Assembly: GCF_006345805.1 (NCBI RefSeq)
Contig: NW_021832294.1
Location: 1 to 31,412 of the forward strand
Direction of reading: 5' to 3'
Source of the DNA: Octopus sinensis
Taxonomy: Eukaryota
Length of the DNA stretch: 31,412 nt
Within the stretch, counting starts at the first letter, position 1. Every line of letters begins with the position of its first letter. The notes beneath the pieces are model-generated. The model made no database searches. It had not been told where the DNA came from and saw nothing but the letters and a program-made list of their open reading frames with translations. A program made the translations under genes and the position numbers. This document shows, piece by piece, positions 1 to 11,003 of this stretch.

Positions 1-314
1 GGACACAAATAGACAGAGGAAAATAAAGTGGATAAGGAAGCAACAACAACAAAAGAAACATTGACAGCAAACAAATTAAAAAGCTCTGAAAATTATATAC
101 ACAAATATCTATTTATCTAACAAACATATATATCTCTCCCCACCATATATATAATATATATATATATATATAGAATAATAAGTTATCAGAATGTTGGATG
201 ATTATATATATTTTTATGTAGTTAAAATTTTATTACATTTTAGCGCTTGCTTCCATTATCGATAACTATATATCTGTACATCACTTCAAACTCTCTCTCT
301 CTCTTCTCTCTCTC

Positions 315-342
<28 letters not shown>

Positions 343-350
<8 letters not shown>

Positions 351-662
351 AAAAAATGGAGTTAACGCAGGTTTAAACAAGTATTTTTACTTTCTACACA
401 TGTTTCAAAAATTCCACTGATACTTATTCAAAAGAATAAAGGTATAACAATGCAATCTTCTCTTCGGGAAAGTGAAAAAAAACGAAACTTGTCAATACGA
501 CATTTTAGCAAAAAATGATGGATTCGTATAGCGATAGACAGAACGTTTATTGTTTATACTTTTATTCTTTTGAATAAGTATCAGTGGAATTTTTGAAACA
601 TATGTAGAAAGTAAAATATTGTTTATTTTAACACCTGCGTTAACTCCATTTTTTATTCATAT
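343..662. mobile_element. Foldback/MITE-like element with ~110-bp inverted arms and ~97-bp spacer
   Basis: 349-372 ATAAAAAATGGAGTTAACGCAGGT is the exact reverse complement of 633-656. Arm similarity continues inward (TTTCAAAAATTCCACTGATACTTATTCAAAAGAATAAA vs TTTATTCTTTTGAATAAGTATCAGTGGAATTTTTGAAA) to ~451 and ~549. The left end abuts (TA)n. Confidence 0.75.
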
Positions 663-805
663 TATTCAAATATTCAACGTAGACACGAAGTTTCAACCTT
701 TATAAACAAGAGTTACAACATCTTTACTTGTGAGATTTTTGCTGCCCTGGTAACTATTCATTCATTTATCCGTGTTAATTGTTAAAGGTAAAATACCTCA
801 TCTAT

Positions 806-922
806 TTATATATATATATATAATATATATATATATATTATATATATATATGTATGTATGTATTTATGTATGTAGTATGTATGTATGTTGTATGTATGTA
901 TGTATGTAGTATGTGTATGTAT
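806..922. repeat. (TA)n plus (TATG)n microsatellite
   Basis: Direct reading of simple repeats. Confidence 0.95.
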
Positions 923-1117
923 GATAGATCGCTAGTCACTGCCACATTCTTTTTTTGTCTCCTGTTTCTCTGCCCGTTTCTTTCCGTGTTCCTTTCTGTG
1001 GAAGAGCCTAGGCTCGAAACGTTAAAAACTTTTCACTTCCCGAGCATTATACTAATACTTCAGTTTGTTTTCTACAGCACCTGTCTTCGTTTTGTTGTTG
1101 TTTTTCTGATTCTCCCT
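923..1117 (+). mobile_element. Probable Penelope-like element terminal (pLTR) fragment carrying a degenerate hammerhead motif
   Basis: Contains CTGTGGA-A-GAGCC-TA-GGCTC-GAAACGTT (996-1023), matching the PLE minimal type I hammerhead layout with one core mismatch. Flanked on both sides by microsatellites. Confidence 0.45.
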
Positions 1118-1146
1118 GTATATATATATATAATATATAATATATA

Positions 1147-1196
<50 letters not shown>

Positions 1197-1309
1197 GAGA
1201 TATTTTAATATTGTTGTTTGCTAACATGAAAATAGCCTTCCTTACATTCAAGAATTTACTACAACTGACCAACTCAACATCAACACCGTCACAACATCAT
1301 CTCACTTCA

Positions 1310-1338
1310 TATCAACTACTCCTACTACTACAACTACA

Positions 1339-1390
<52 letters not shown>

Positions 1391-1495
1391 TTCTTATCAT
1401 CATTATATTTATTTTTAATTTATTATTATTATAATCATTATTATTTTTAATATCATCATCATCACCATCATCACATAATCATTATAATTATTATT
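1310..1495. repeat. Compound (CTA)n/(TTA)n/(CAT)n trinucleotide microsatellite
   Basis: Direct reading; explains the poly-L/poly-Y stretch of ORF 854..1450. Confidence 0.95.
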
Positions 1496-2053
1496 GAGTG
1501 AGAGAGCAGTGCATGCCATTAAAGTTGACACTGGGGTACAAATATACGAAGCCCAGTATATCCATCATGACTACCCGTCTGATAAGGGTACACAGGCACA
1601 TGCATCAAAACCATATGTGGCGTGACATGGTGATCTCATATCAAGATAACAGCACATGACCTTGCAGGTGGGGCCCAGTTAGAATTTTCTTCAGGTTGAG
1701 TAGCCCATCCCGCTCAAAAGGTCCCTGAAAAAGGATTGTTTTAGGATGTTGAACAAAGTACCCATGTTTCCAAAGGTGAATTATTCAAACCTCAAAGAAT
1801 CCCTCACAAAACATGGCTACAATGCTCCCCCACTACTTCTGCTCGTGATCAGAGATGTACATATCATAAGGCACTGAGCGACATGCTCAAATGGTTAAGG
1901 TCAAACAACTGACAAGCAAATCTGTGGTATTGAGCAGAATATTTGCTGTAGCCCATCTTTTATACCAAGACAAAACAATGTACATGATAACACTTCCAAT
2001 CAGTTAAGATCAGAAGCCATGAGAGCCACTGCCTGGTACTGCATCAGGGTATT
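1496..2053 (-). mobile_element. Interspersed repeat, probably a non-autonomous retroelement or LINE 3' UTR ending in an (AAT)n/(GAT)n tail
   Basis: On the minus strand it ends ...CTCTCTCACTCAATAATAAT directly in the trinucleotide tract. The sequence resembles a high-copy octopus repeat as I recall it; not verified by search. Confidence 0.45.
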
Positions 2054-2149
2054 AGCAAATCTGTGGTATTGAGCAGAATATTTGCTGTAGCCCATCTTTT
2101 ATACCAAGACAAAACAATGTACATGATAACACTTCCAATCAGTTAAGAT
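1915..2149. repeat. Perfect 96-bp direct repeat (1915-2010 and 2054-2149)
   Basis: AGCAAATCTGTGGTATTGAGC...CCAATCAGTTAAGAT is identical in both copies, which are 43 bp apart. Confidence 0.95.
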
Positions 2150-2767
2150 TATAGAAAATGTTTTTCGCAGTGGATGGACCAAAATGAAGCACCGAAAAGC
2201 TTCCCTAAACCCGATCTCTTCAAAAAAGAGGTTATGGTGATTGTTTAGTGATGTGTTGTTGGACTCATTGACTATAACTTATTAAAACCCCGAAAATCCA
2301 TTACTGCAGAAACATATTAACAAGAAATTGCCAATATGAACGAAAAACTGCCACTCCTCTGTCTCAGACTGGTCAACAGAGAGGGCTAATCATTCTTCAT
2401 GACAATACTCGACCACACGTTTCACTAATGACGCTCCAGAGGTTAGGGAATTGGCTACGAGTTCTTCCCTACTCAGCCTATTCCCCAGACCTTTCTCCCA
2501 ACGACTACTACTTTTTCAAGTATCTTTAAGGTTCCATCGAGAGAGGAGTTCAAAATCAAACCGATGCTGAAGCGAGTTCAAAGAGTCCATCAGCTCCAGA
2601 ACTCCAGATTTTTATGTTAACGGAATAAAACAACTTTGTAACTCATTGGCGAAAAATGTGTTTATAGTATGGTACAAACTTTGATGAATAAAATTTCCGC
2701 ATTGCTGAAATACATTGTGATGAATTTCCATGTTTCAAAACGTGCTTACTTTTTACTCAGCCTGATA
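2150..2767 (+). mobile_element. 5'-truncated, decayed mariner transposon (Hsmar1/cecropia-like): transposase C-terminal half and 3' TIR
   Basis: Frameshifted translation gives QWMDQNEAPKSFPKP, ILHDNTRPH, YSPDLSPNDYYFFK and HWRKCV, the mariner D,D34D motifs. It ends AAAACGTGCTTACTTTTTACTCAGCCTGA-TA, resembling a mariner TIR plus TA. Confidence 0.92.
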
Positions 2768-2794
2768 TTATTTCCATGTCAAACGGAATGGGGG

Positions 2795-3004
2795 GGCGGG
2801 GGTGGAATGGCAGTGTTGTCCCAGAGACGCCTGGATCTCAACACAAAGATTATCTTCCTGGACCCAGAAGGTAAGTTGGTGGTCCCGGACGTCGTGAACA
2901 GTAGTAACGGAGGTGCCCTCAGTCTGGTGGCTGTTTACACCTCGGCAGGTTCAGGATAGCTGAACATCTTCAGACGTCTGGAGGTTTTCCTTGGAGTGTC
3001 TAGA
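2795..3004 (+). mobile_element. L1/Tx1-type LINE AP-endonuclease fragment
   Basis: GGMAVL...IFLDPEGKLVV...LVAVYTSAGSG*LNIFRRLEVFLG matches the central part of Tx1/L1 APE domains (GGVAVL, D.EGR, LVAVYAP). Confidence 0.65.
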
Positions 3005-3005
3005 C

Positions 3006-6000
3006 GAGGCGTCTGTAACCTATGGCACGCGTGTCATGTGTAGCACGCGGAACAATTCCCAAGGGCATGCACACCACTTGGCAAAAACTAAAAGTAAATT
3101 TTTATTCATAACTAAATCTGAGGAAGCGACATCATAATAATTAAATTACATATATTTCTTACGATCCATCTATTCTGGCCTAAACTATCTGAAGTTAGCT
3201 GTATTTGGTAGTATTTCATTTCCTTAAAAATATAGTACTACTGAACACAATTTTGATACGGAATAATGAATGTTAGTACAATTAATTTGTTTGTAAGCTG
3301 GTGCCGAAAGCATTTATATGTACTTTATTACTGAAGCCGGGAGCTAGAGGTGCGAACGTTTCGAACTCGGCTGTATATTTAGCAGTTAACCACTTTACAG
3401 CAGCCAGTCTAAATAAAGACACTCTTTAAAATGGACTCCTACATTGCGAGTCGTCTATAAGTAGACGCTTTAAAATTATTCTTTCATTTTGGGAAGAAAA
3501 AGCGGTAACGAGTAGGGTTTTCAAAAGGAAATAAACATGAAAAGTCAAAAACTATAGTTATTTTCTTAGGTTTCAATTTCTCCTTCGTGAGTCAAGTTGC
3601 CTGATCTTTTGAGTATTTTTTTGTTTATTCATATCATATAATTTAATCTAATTATTTTATTATTACAAAAGTTAACTCATTAAATTAATTTCGTTCTTTT
3701 TTACCATTTATTTCATTCTAATTATCTTTATTTAATTATTTTTATTTTCATTTGTAGAACCTGATTTAAGGGTTTATACAACTGTCATATCAATTATCAA
3801 TATATAGTGACCCAAATTGAATAACAAAGGACCAAAATTTGACGTTCGTTCATTTCAAGATTTCTGGAGCACTGAGTATGGATTTGTATAACAAAATCAT
3901 CGAGTTGTGTGTGCGTTCTGCTGTGAATTTGTCGTATGTCGTACATCAAGTGTACAAAGACACTATCAACCTAGACACCAGACTATATTAAAAACGCTGA
4001 TATGAAAAAGGCAAATCATAAAAGGGCTATTTCTAGTTACAAAAAAGCACTTCTGTTTTTGTTCAAATGCTTGGAACCACAATGAAGCCAAATAATGTAG
4101 TTAGACAATTGCTCAATGGACAGCCGGAAAATTTATCAAAAATGCTTTTCTGAGAATTGCTAAAATTTTGTTCAGTGATTAAGCAAACGGTGAAAAAATA
4201 CTGTCTCGAATTCAAGAAATACCAACTTCTGCATGATCAGTTGAGAGACGTATAACTGTTATCGATGAAAACATACTAAAATAAAAATTTGAATTACAAA
4301 AAGCTGCTGCATTCAGTGACTCCTATCGATGAAAGTACTGACGTGAATGACATGGCGCACCTAACAATTGTTGCAAGATACTGTGACAATGATCGTATTT
4401 ACGAAGAATCATGTTGTTTGATTCCTCTTACCAATACATCTACAGGACAGGATATTCTGACTGCATTTCTAAATTATTTCGAAAATCAAGCTATTAATAC
4501 AAATAAAATATTTTGTATTACTACTGGTGGTGCACGTGCAATGGTTGGAAAGGAAAAATAGATTTATTAAGCGCCTTGAAAATCACATTTCACGCAGTGT
4601 AATGTGTTTTAATTGCATTGCACATCAGGAAAATTTAGTTGCAAAACTTTCGTCACAAAGCTTGAGTTCTGTCGTGGAAACTGTTGTTAAAATAGTTAAC
4701 TTCATGGTTTCTCGCTCTTCACTGACTCTTCTGCAAGAACTGGACAGCGAATATGCAGACTTCCCACTTCACAGTAAAGTCCTGCAGCGTAGACTCGGTT
4801 GAAATTCCTCTCGCTCATATATTTATATATATACGTGCATTCGAACGTAGCAGGGAACAGCTAGCCTTTTGCCGCTATTTCGATCCTGTTGTGTCCATTA
4901 CTCTGATTAGTTGGTATTGGCGCAATTTGTCGCGCCAAATTGCCGCGTATAACCAGTTGGAGACCTTAAATACGATTACGTGCAACAGCCTGTTCACTAC
5001 CCCGTTTTAGCCTACTTCTTATAAAAACTCAGCCTTTTCTCCTTTCGAGGTCTTTTGGTTCCAGACCTTTTAAGGACTAGCCTCTGACCACGAAACACAG
5101 CCAGTTCCAGAGACATACCAACTTTGTCCAACAGCATTACAACAACCTCCATCTTCGTCGCCACCACCATGTCCTTAACGTCTTCAACATCATCTCTCTA
5201 CGTACACAGCTCTGCAAGCGATTCACCCAGGTTCCAACACTTCACTGTTCATGAATTACTTCATCATGGGTCAACAACAAATATACAACCAGTATGAACT
5301 CCTGTTAAAGTTAACCAGGCAGCAGCATCACAGCCACGACATCACGTTTCAACATGTACCTGTAACTGTCACCTACATCAATGAACCCACACGATACATT
5401 CTGTTCTCATGACGCATGTCTATCGTTCCAATATACATGCTGCACACACAGACACATCTGTTAACATATAAAAAATCTTCTTTTAATCATTCTACGCGGT
5501 TGTCTCCTTTTTCTATCAGGCAAATAGATGGTACTATCAATTTTCTCTTTATTGTAAGGGCTGTGTGATGTGGTACTAAAGAGCCATTCTTGTCACCTCG
5601 CATCGCACGGTCCTTACAGTCCGTCGGCTTTGTCGGGGTAAAGTTTTGAACAGATTTCTATCATGCTTAGAAGAAGTCAAAATATTTCTTAAAAGGAAAC
5701 AGTTCCCAGAATTTAACAACGAACACGGGTTATTTAAACTTATGCTTCTAACTGACAGTCACTTGAATGATTAAAATTTGCGTTTACAAGAGAGAGGCCA
5801 AACAGTACTTGATCTTTTTGAATACGGGGAAGGATTTTTGTTAAAATTAGATTTTTTTGCGTGATACATTTAGCAATACATAAAAATACTTTGCAAATGT
5901 AAAAGCTTATTCGAATCGATTTAATATTTAATAAAAATGAACTTCAAAAATATATTGCAACGTTGAAAGAAGAATTTTCCAAGTGAGATAAAGATTTCGA

Positions 6001-6310
6001 AACAGACGCTCCTATATTTTCGTTTCTCATGAAACCCGACTTTCAGGGATTTGAGAACGAACCCATTTCGTCTATCACTTTTTGGCTCAACAACAAATAT
6101 ACAGGATAGTTTTGAAGTGGAAATACTTGAATTAACCACTTCAGAATTAAGGGGGAAAAATTATGGAATTACGAAAATCTCTTGAAAGAAGCAGCTTAGA
6201 GAAGTCAGTTGCCATCTTCAATCGCTGGAAGACGTTGCCTAAAAGATTCAATTCTTTGAAGAAAATCGCTTCAGCTCGGCTTTCACGCTTTAGCTCAACA
6301 TATACAGGAT
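3006..6310 (+). mobile_element. Decayed hAT transposon (Charlie/SPIN/GTF2IRD2-like), 3'-truncated and interrupted by a solo LTR
   Basis: The 5' end has AACCTATGGCACGCGTG subterminal motifs. BED-like region near 3830-3980 (FQDFWSTEYGF...CAFC...SSVQRHY); IDESTD, TGQDI, TGGARAMVG and CIAHQENL motifs at 4289-4780; resumes at 5619 with RGKVLNRF and ends FSSTY at ~6307. Multiple stops and frameshifts. Confidence 0.92.
4783..5618. mobile_element. Solo LTR (836 bp, TG...CA) with 4-bp target-site duplication GTCC
   Basis: GTCC(4779-4782)|TG...CA|GTCC(5619-5622). Removing it rejoins the hAT frame as HSKV-RRLC-RGKV (canonical VRWLSRGKV). No long ORF inside. Confidence 0.8.
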
Positions 6311-6336
6311 TACCCAAAAACAACAGAACCCATAAA

Positions 6337-6483
6337 ATTTCGGTTTCCGTTTACCAAATCCATTCACAAGGATTTGGTCGTCCCGAGACTATAGTAGGAG
6401 GCAATTTTCCAAATAACATGCAATGGAAACTGAACATGGATCTATGTGATTGCGGAGCAAGTTCCTTACCACATAGCCACGCC
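6337..6483 (-). mobile_element. tRNA-derived CORE-type SINE, head only (decayed)
   Basis: Reverse complement of the SINE 5' half seen intact at 20975-21137; the tail half is missing at the hAT junction. Confidence 0.75.
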
Positions 6484-7991
6484 TATGCATGTGTGTTTAT
6501 GTATAAGTCTATATATAGGATGAACAGGACAAACAAATATTTAAATAATAGTTCTTATGTTATGGCTGCTTGCAACCAAATGCTCACCTACAAACGATCG
6601 TCAGGAACGACCTTATTGTATTAAGTTGCATAGTTATATAAAGATAGAGAGACAGGGAAAAATAAATCATATATATGTGCGTGTGTGTATAAATTTTAAA
6701 TCTTAAAAGAAAAGTAACAAAAATTGATTTACCTCTATAACGCCGGCTCCGAATATAACTTCAGTTTGTATTTTTTACAGAAATTAAATGTTTTATCCAC
6801 TTATCTGAATATTTTATTGCCTCATATAAGTTTTTTGTCTCACGTTCCAGCTGCTATCGGAATGAAATACCCTGTTGTAATAATTCTCAATTTTTTTTAA
6901 ACGAGAGTGGCAGTATTTTCCCCTTGATGTACGTGATTGGCTGCAATTCTTTAATATCCGGAAGATGAATCCATTTTCCAGCTAGTCACCATTCCTATAA
7001 GTCAAGTGTTGAAATGGTCGCTGTGCAACATGAGATGAATTGTTCTACGCACAAAACACCTCTCGTTGCAGGATCTGAAATCACGACCTTGTTATTGTGT
7101 GTAGCACCCTTAATCACGATTTCATGTGTCCTCGACTTCCATTATATTCCCAAAATGGTATTTTTCATATGTCCTGGCAACACCTAGAGAATATTCTTAT
7201 CTACTTGACGCTTTTCTAAAACAAACGCCATTGTTTTTATCGATTATTGGGATGGCGATATCTGCCCAAAGAAACGACCTCTTCTCTCGAGTTACTAAAA
7301 TGCAAACCCGACGAATTTTCCTCGATTCGCAGAATATATTTCAGTTGTATGTAAAGAATGCTTGTTGTTCACTGATGAGAAGACTATGATCAGAGGCGTT
7401 TCGGTCATGATCGTCCCGTCAATTTACATACATCGCAATGTGTGTAGTGTTCTTTCCGTGGTTAAGTCGGTAGGGTGTGAGGCAATGGAATATCATTGTC
7501 TCAAATGCTTACGATTGGGCTGATAGCGCAAATGTTCAAGTAATGGACATTCATTAGTCCTGAAACCTACATCTACAATCATTATTGTAATACATCACAT
7601 GATGTGGATGTTAATTTTCATAGATATCTCCGAAATATAAGTCCGACCTTTCTATCAAGATAACCATCAATTTATTAAATGACATCTAGGACTGAATTAT
7701 TCTGCTACTAGCAGAAGAATGAAAGTGATATTCTACGTGGCTTACTCTCCATGTGTGTTTAGCATATTGTAACCTTCACGTACATGGGTTATCTCAAGTA
7801 CAACATACCCTAAAATGTTTAGCGGCGTCCGGTTCACCTTGTGTAACTTGCCGCAGGACTCACACAGCAGATACAGGAACTAGAGGGTAAAGACGGTACT
7901 AATTCCCTAAGTTGTTCACGGCAGCATCCGCATGCCAATTTATTATTATTCATATACACACAACAGTTTAGATTGTGTGAGTACGTTTGTG

Positions 7992-8039
<48 letters not shown>

Positions 8040-8184
8040 ATATAATATATATATATTAATGTATACGTAGGCGGCTATGTGCATGTGTGTGAGCGTGAGT
8101 ACATGCACAAGTTTACGGGGTTCATCAAACACACACAGACACACCCACATACACCACACACACGCACACTCTCAGACATATATG

Positions 8185-8222
<38 letters not shown>

Positions 8223-8226
<4 letters not shown>

Positions 8227-8445
8227 ATGTTACATTACTCGTAGTCAAGATAAAACTCTGAGTTTCAGATGCCGAAGTGGAAATCCAACACCACCATCTC
8301 TTCGGTTATCTGGCTATTTGAAAACGTTATGAAAAATACCGTTAAAAATAAAGGGAAATTACTCTGTTATAACTCTGCTTGCCTGCGTACTTATACATCG
8401 CTCGCATTTTCGTCATAAAAGTTATATAAAAATACATAAAAAATA
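8223..8445. mobile_element. Unclassified ~220-bp insertion in a (TA)n tract
   Basis: Present between modules F and A here, absent at the equivalent site (~9660), and replaced by a different sequence at 16047-16593. Confidence 0.55.
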
Positions 8446-8451
8446 TATAAA

Positions 8452-8499
<48 letters not shown>

Positions 8500-8544
8500 A
8501 ATATTCATACGCATTCAGAGATCTACACACACATGTGAAAAGTG

Positions 8545-8890
8545 TATTCTTTTCTGTAATTCTTTCACTTGTTTAAGTCATTTGACTGCGGCCTTGCTGG
8601 AGTGCCACCTGAAAAGACTTAGTCCGAAGAGCCGAAGAAATTTACCACTGGGCTTATTTTTTGTAAGCCTGGTACTTATTTTATTGATCGCTTTTGCCGA
8701 ACAGCTATGTTAAGGTGCGCGTAAAAGACCTGCTGTCAAATTATGAACGCGTAACAAACATAGTCACACAGACACACACAGGCCAACGCACACACACACA
8801 CACATTCACACACACACACACATACACACACAAACACACGCACCACACACACACTCACAGACACACTCACACACATATGTATATATATAT
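8545..8890 (-). mobile_element. CORE-type SINE, 3' half only (decayed)
   Basis: TTCTTTCACTTGTTTAAGTCATTTGACTGCGGCCTTGCTGGAG is the reverse complement of the SINE 3' end (compare 22021-22063 on +). Confidence 0.75.
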
Positions 8891-9478
8891 ATATTTCATG
8901 TGTCGATTTCATGTGTCTTCGACTTTATTTTTCATATGTCCTGGCAACACGCAGAGAATATTCTTATCTACTTGACGCTTTTCTAAAACAAACGCCATTG
9001 TTTTTATCGATTATCGGGATGGCGATATCTGAAATATAAGTTCAACCTTACTGTCAAGATGAAGCATAAATTTATTAAATGATATCTAGGAGGGAATTAT
9101 TCTGCTACTAGCAGAAGAATGAAAGTGATATTCTACGTAGTTTACTCTCCATGTGTGTTTAGCATATTGTAACTTTCATGTACATGGGTTATCTCAAGTA
9201 CAACATACCCTCGAATATTTAGGGGCGTCCGGTTCACCCTGTGTAACTTTCCGCAGGTCTCACACACCAGATGCAGGAACTAGAGGGTAAAGACGGTACT
9301 AATTCCCTAAGTTGTTCACGTGAGCATCCGCCATACCAATTTATTACTATTCCATATACACACAACACTTTAGATTGTTTGAGGACTTTTGTGTGTATAT
9401 ATATATATATATAAATATATATACATATATATATATATACATATATATATATGTATATATATATATATTCATATATTA

Positions 9479-9533
<55 letters not shown>

Positions 9534-9711
9534 TGTATATGTGGGCGTCTGTGTGCATGTGTATGAGTACATACACACACAGACACACTCACAAACGCAC
9601 ATAACACACACACACACACGCTCACGCTCACATATATATGTATGTATGTGTATATATATATATATATATTTCGTACTCATTCAGAGATCTACACACACAT
9701 ATGAAAAGTGT

Positions 9712-10211
9712 ATTCTTTTCTTTAATTCTTTCACTTGTTTAAGTCATTTGACTGCGGCCTTGCTGGAGTGCCACCTCAAAAGCCTTTAAGCCGAAGAGCC
9801 GAAGAAATTTACCACTGGGCTTATTTTTGTGAACCTGGTACTTATTTTATTGATCGCCTTTGCCGAACAGCTATGTTAAGGCAGGCGTAAAAGAACTGCT
9901 GCCAAACTATGAACGCGTAACAAACAGTCACACAGACACACACAGGCCAACGCACACACACACACACATTCACACACACACACACATACACACACAAACA
10001 CACGCACCACACACACACTCACAGACACACTCACACACATATGTATATATATATATAACCGACTTCCTTCGGGTTCGTCTACAATACCCACTCACAAGTC
10101 TTTGCTCGGCCCGAGGTTATAGTAGAAGACACTTTCCCAGGTTGCCATGCAGTGAAACTAAACCTGGACATATGTGCTTGCGGAGCAAGTTTCTTACCAC
10201 GTAGCTACGCC
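9712..10211 (-). mobile_element. Full-length decayed CORE-type SINE inside the repeat unit (A/B variant)
   Basis: Tail, (CA)n/(TA)n middle, TATAGTAGAAGACACTTTCCCAGGTTGCCATGCAGTG core and tRNA-like head all align to the 20743-21137 copy. Confidence 0.8.
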
Positions 10212-11003
10212 TATGCATGTGTGTTTATGTATAAGTCTATAAATAGGATGAACAGGACAAACAAATGTTTAACTAATAGTTCTTACGTGCGTGTAACAAC
10301 GTTATGGATGCTTGGAACCAAATGCTTACCGACAAATGACCGTCAGGAACAACGTTATTCTATTAAGTTGCATAGATATAGAAAGATGAGAGAGGTTGAA
10401 AAATAAATCATATAGATGTGTGTGTGTATATATAAATGTTAAATCTTAAAAGAAAAGCAACCAAAATTGATTTATCTATCCGCGTTCTGAGGTCCTTTCC
10501 TGTCGAACTCCCCTTTGCCTTTCATTTCTCAGAGGTGCTGAAGTCCAATTAGTCGACTGTCCACCTCCCCCACAAAACACAACCACTGGCATTCTTCCTA
10601 ATCCAGAAATAACTTTATAGGCGTCAATCTAGGAATTTAGGACAAAGAATTGCTACGCGGTGTCATATGTAATCATGTATGGTTATATAAAGATGCATGA
10701 GGATATATATACATACACAAACATGCACAAATATACGTGTATGTATGAGTGTGTGTGCTTGTGAATGTGTGTATGTACGTACGTTTATATATGAATATAT
10801 ATAAATATATATATATGTGCGTGTGTGTGTGAGCGTGTGTCTACATGTGTGTGAATACATGTACATGTGTACGAGGCAAAACATTCAAACACACACACAC
10901 ACACACACATATATATATGTAGGTATATAAATACATATTTATATATATTCATAGGTATTTAGATTTATACACAAACACATACGCACACACATATATAAAT
11001 GTG

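Larger units (their letters stand above)
6337..9669. repeat. Higher-order repeat, copy 1 (modules B'-C-(TA)n-F-[insert]-A) followed by a deleted partial unit (C'-(TA)n-F')
   Basis: 6484-6733 matches 11444-11794 and 29925-30193; 6734-7995 matches 11795-13030 and 30194-31107; 8501-8890 matches 9670-10050 and 16615-17000; 8896-9392 is an internally deleted copy of C. Confidence 0.9.

Noticed and set aside
854-1450. 198-aa ORF, and similar long ORFs at 9234-9680, 24545-24778, 29022-29333 and 29158-29628
   Set aside because: They are translations of (TA)n, (TATG)n, (CA)n, (CTA)n and (TTA)n repeats that lack stops by composition; no domain signal.
4289-4802. Domesticated GTF2IRD2/ZBED-like host gene
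   Set aside because: Multiple stops and frameshifts, an LTR inside a conserved motif, a missing C-terminus and a retained transposon end indicate a dead hAT.
7126-7389. 87-aa ORF repeated at 30572-30835
   Set aside because: The 12160 copy is frameshifted and the 8900 copy is deleted. The recurrence is explained by DNA duplication, and I recognise no homolog.
7372-7420. CTGATGAG...GTTTCG as a second hammerhead
   Set aside because: CTGATGA and GAAAC lie on opposite strands; the minus-strand core is GGGATGA/TTGACGG with no proper stem II.
7240-7525. Frame open for ~72 codons in three C copies with a faint IL-17/cystine-knot look (NFPRF...CK.CL...VGCE)
   Set aside because: Cysteine spacing does not fit IL-17, the cysteines are lost in the 12330 copy, there is no start codon, an upstream stop is shared, and part of the DNA resembles a decayed interspersed repeat also seen near 27295.
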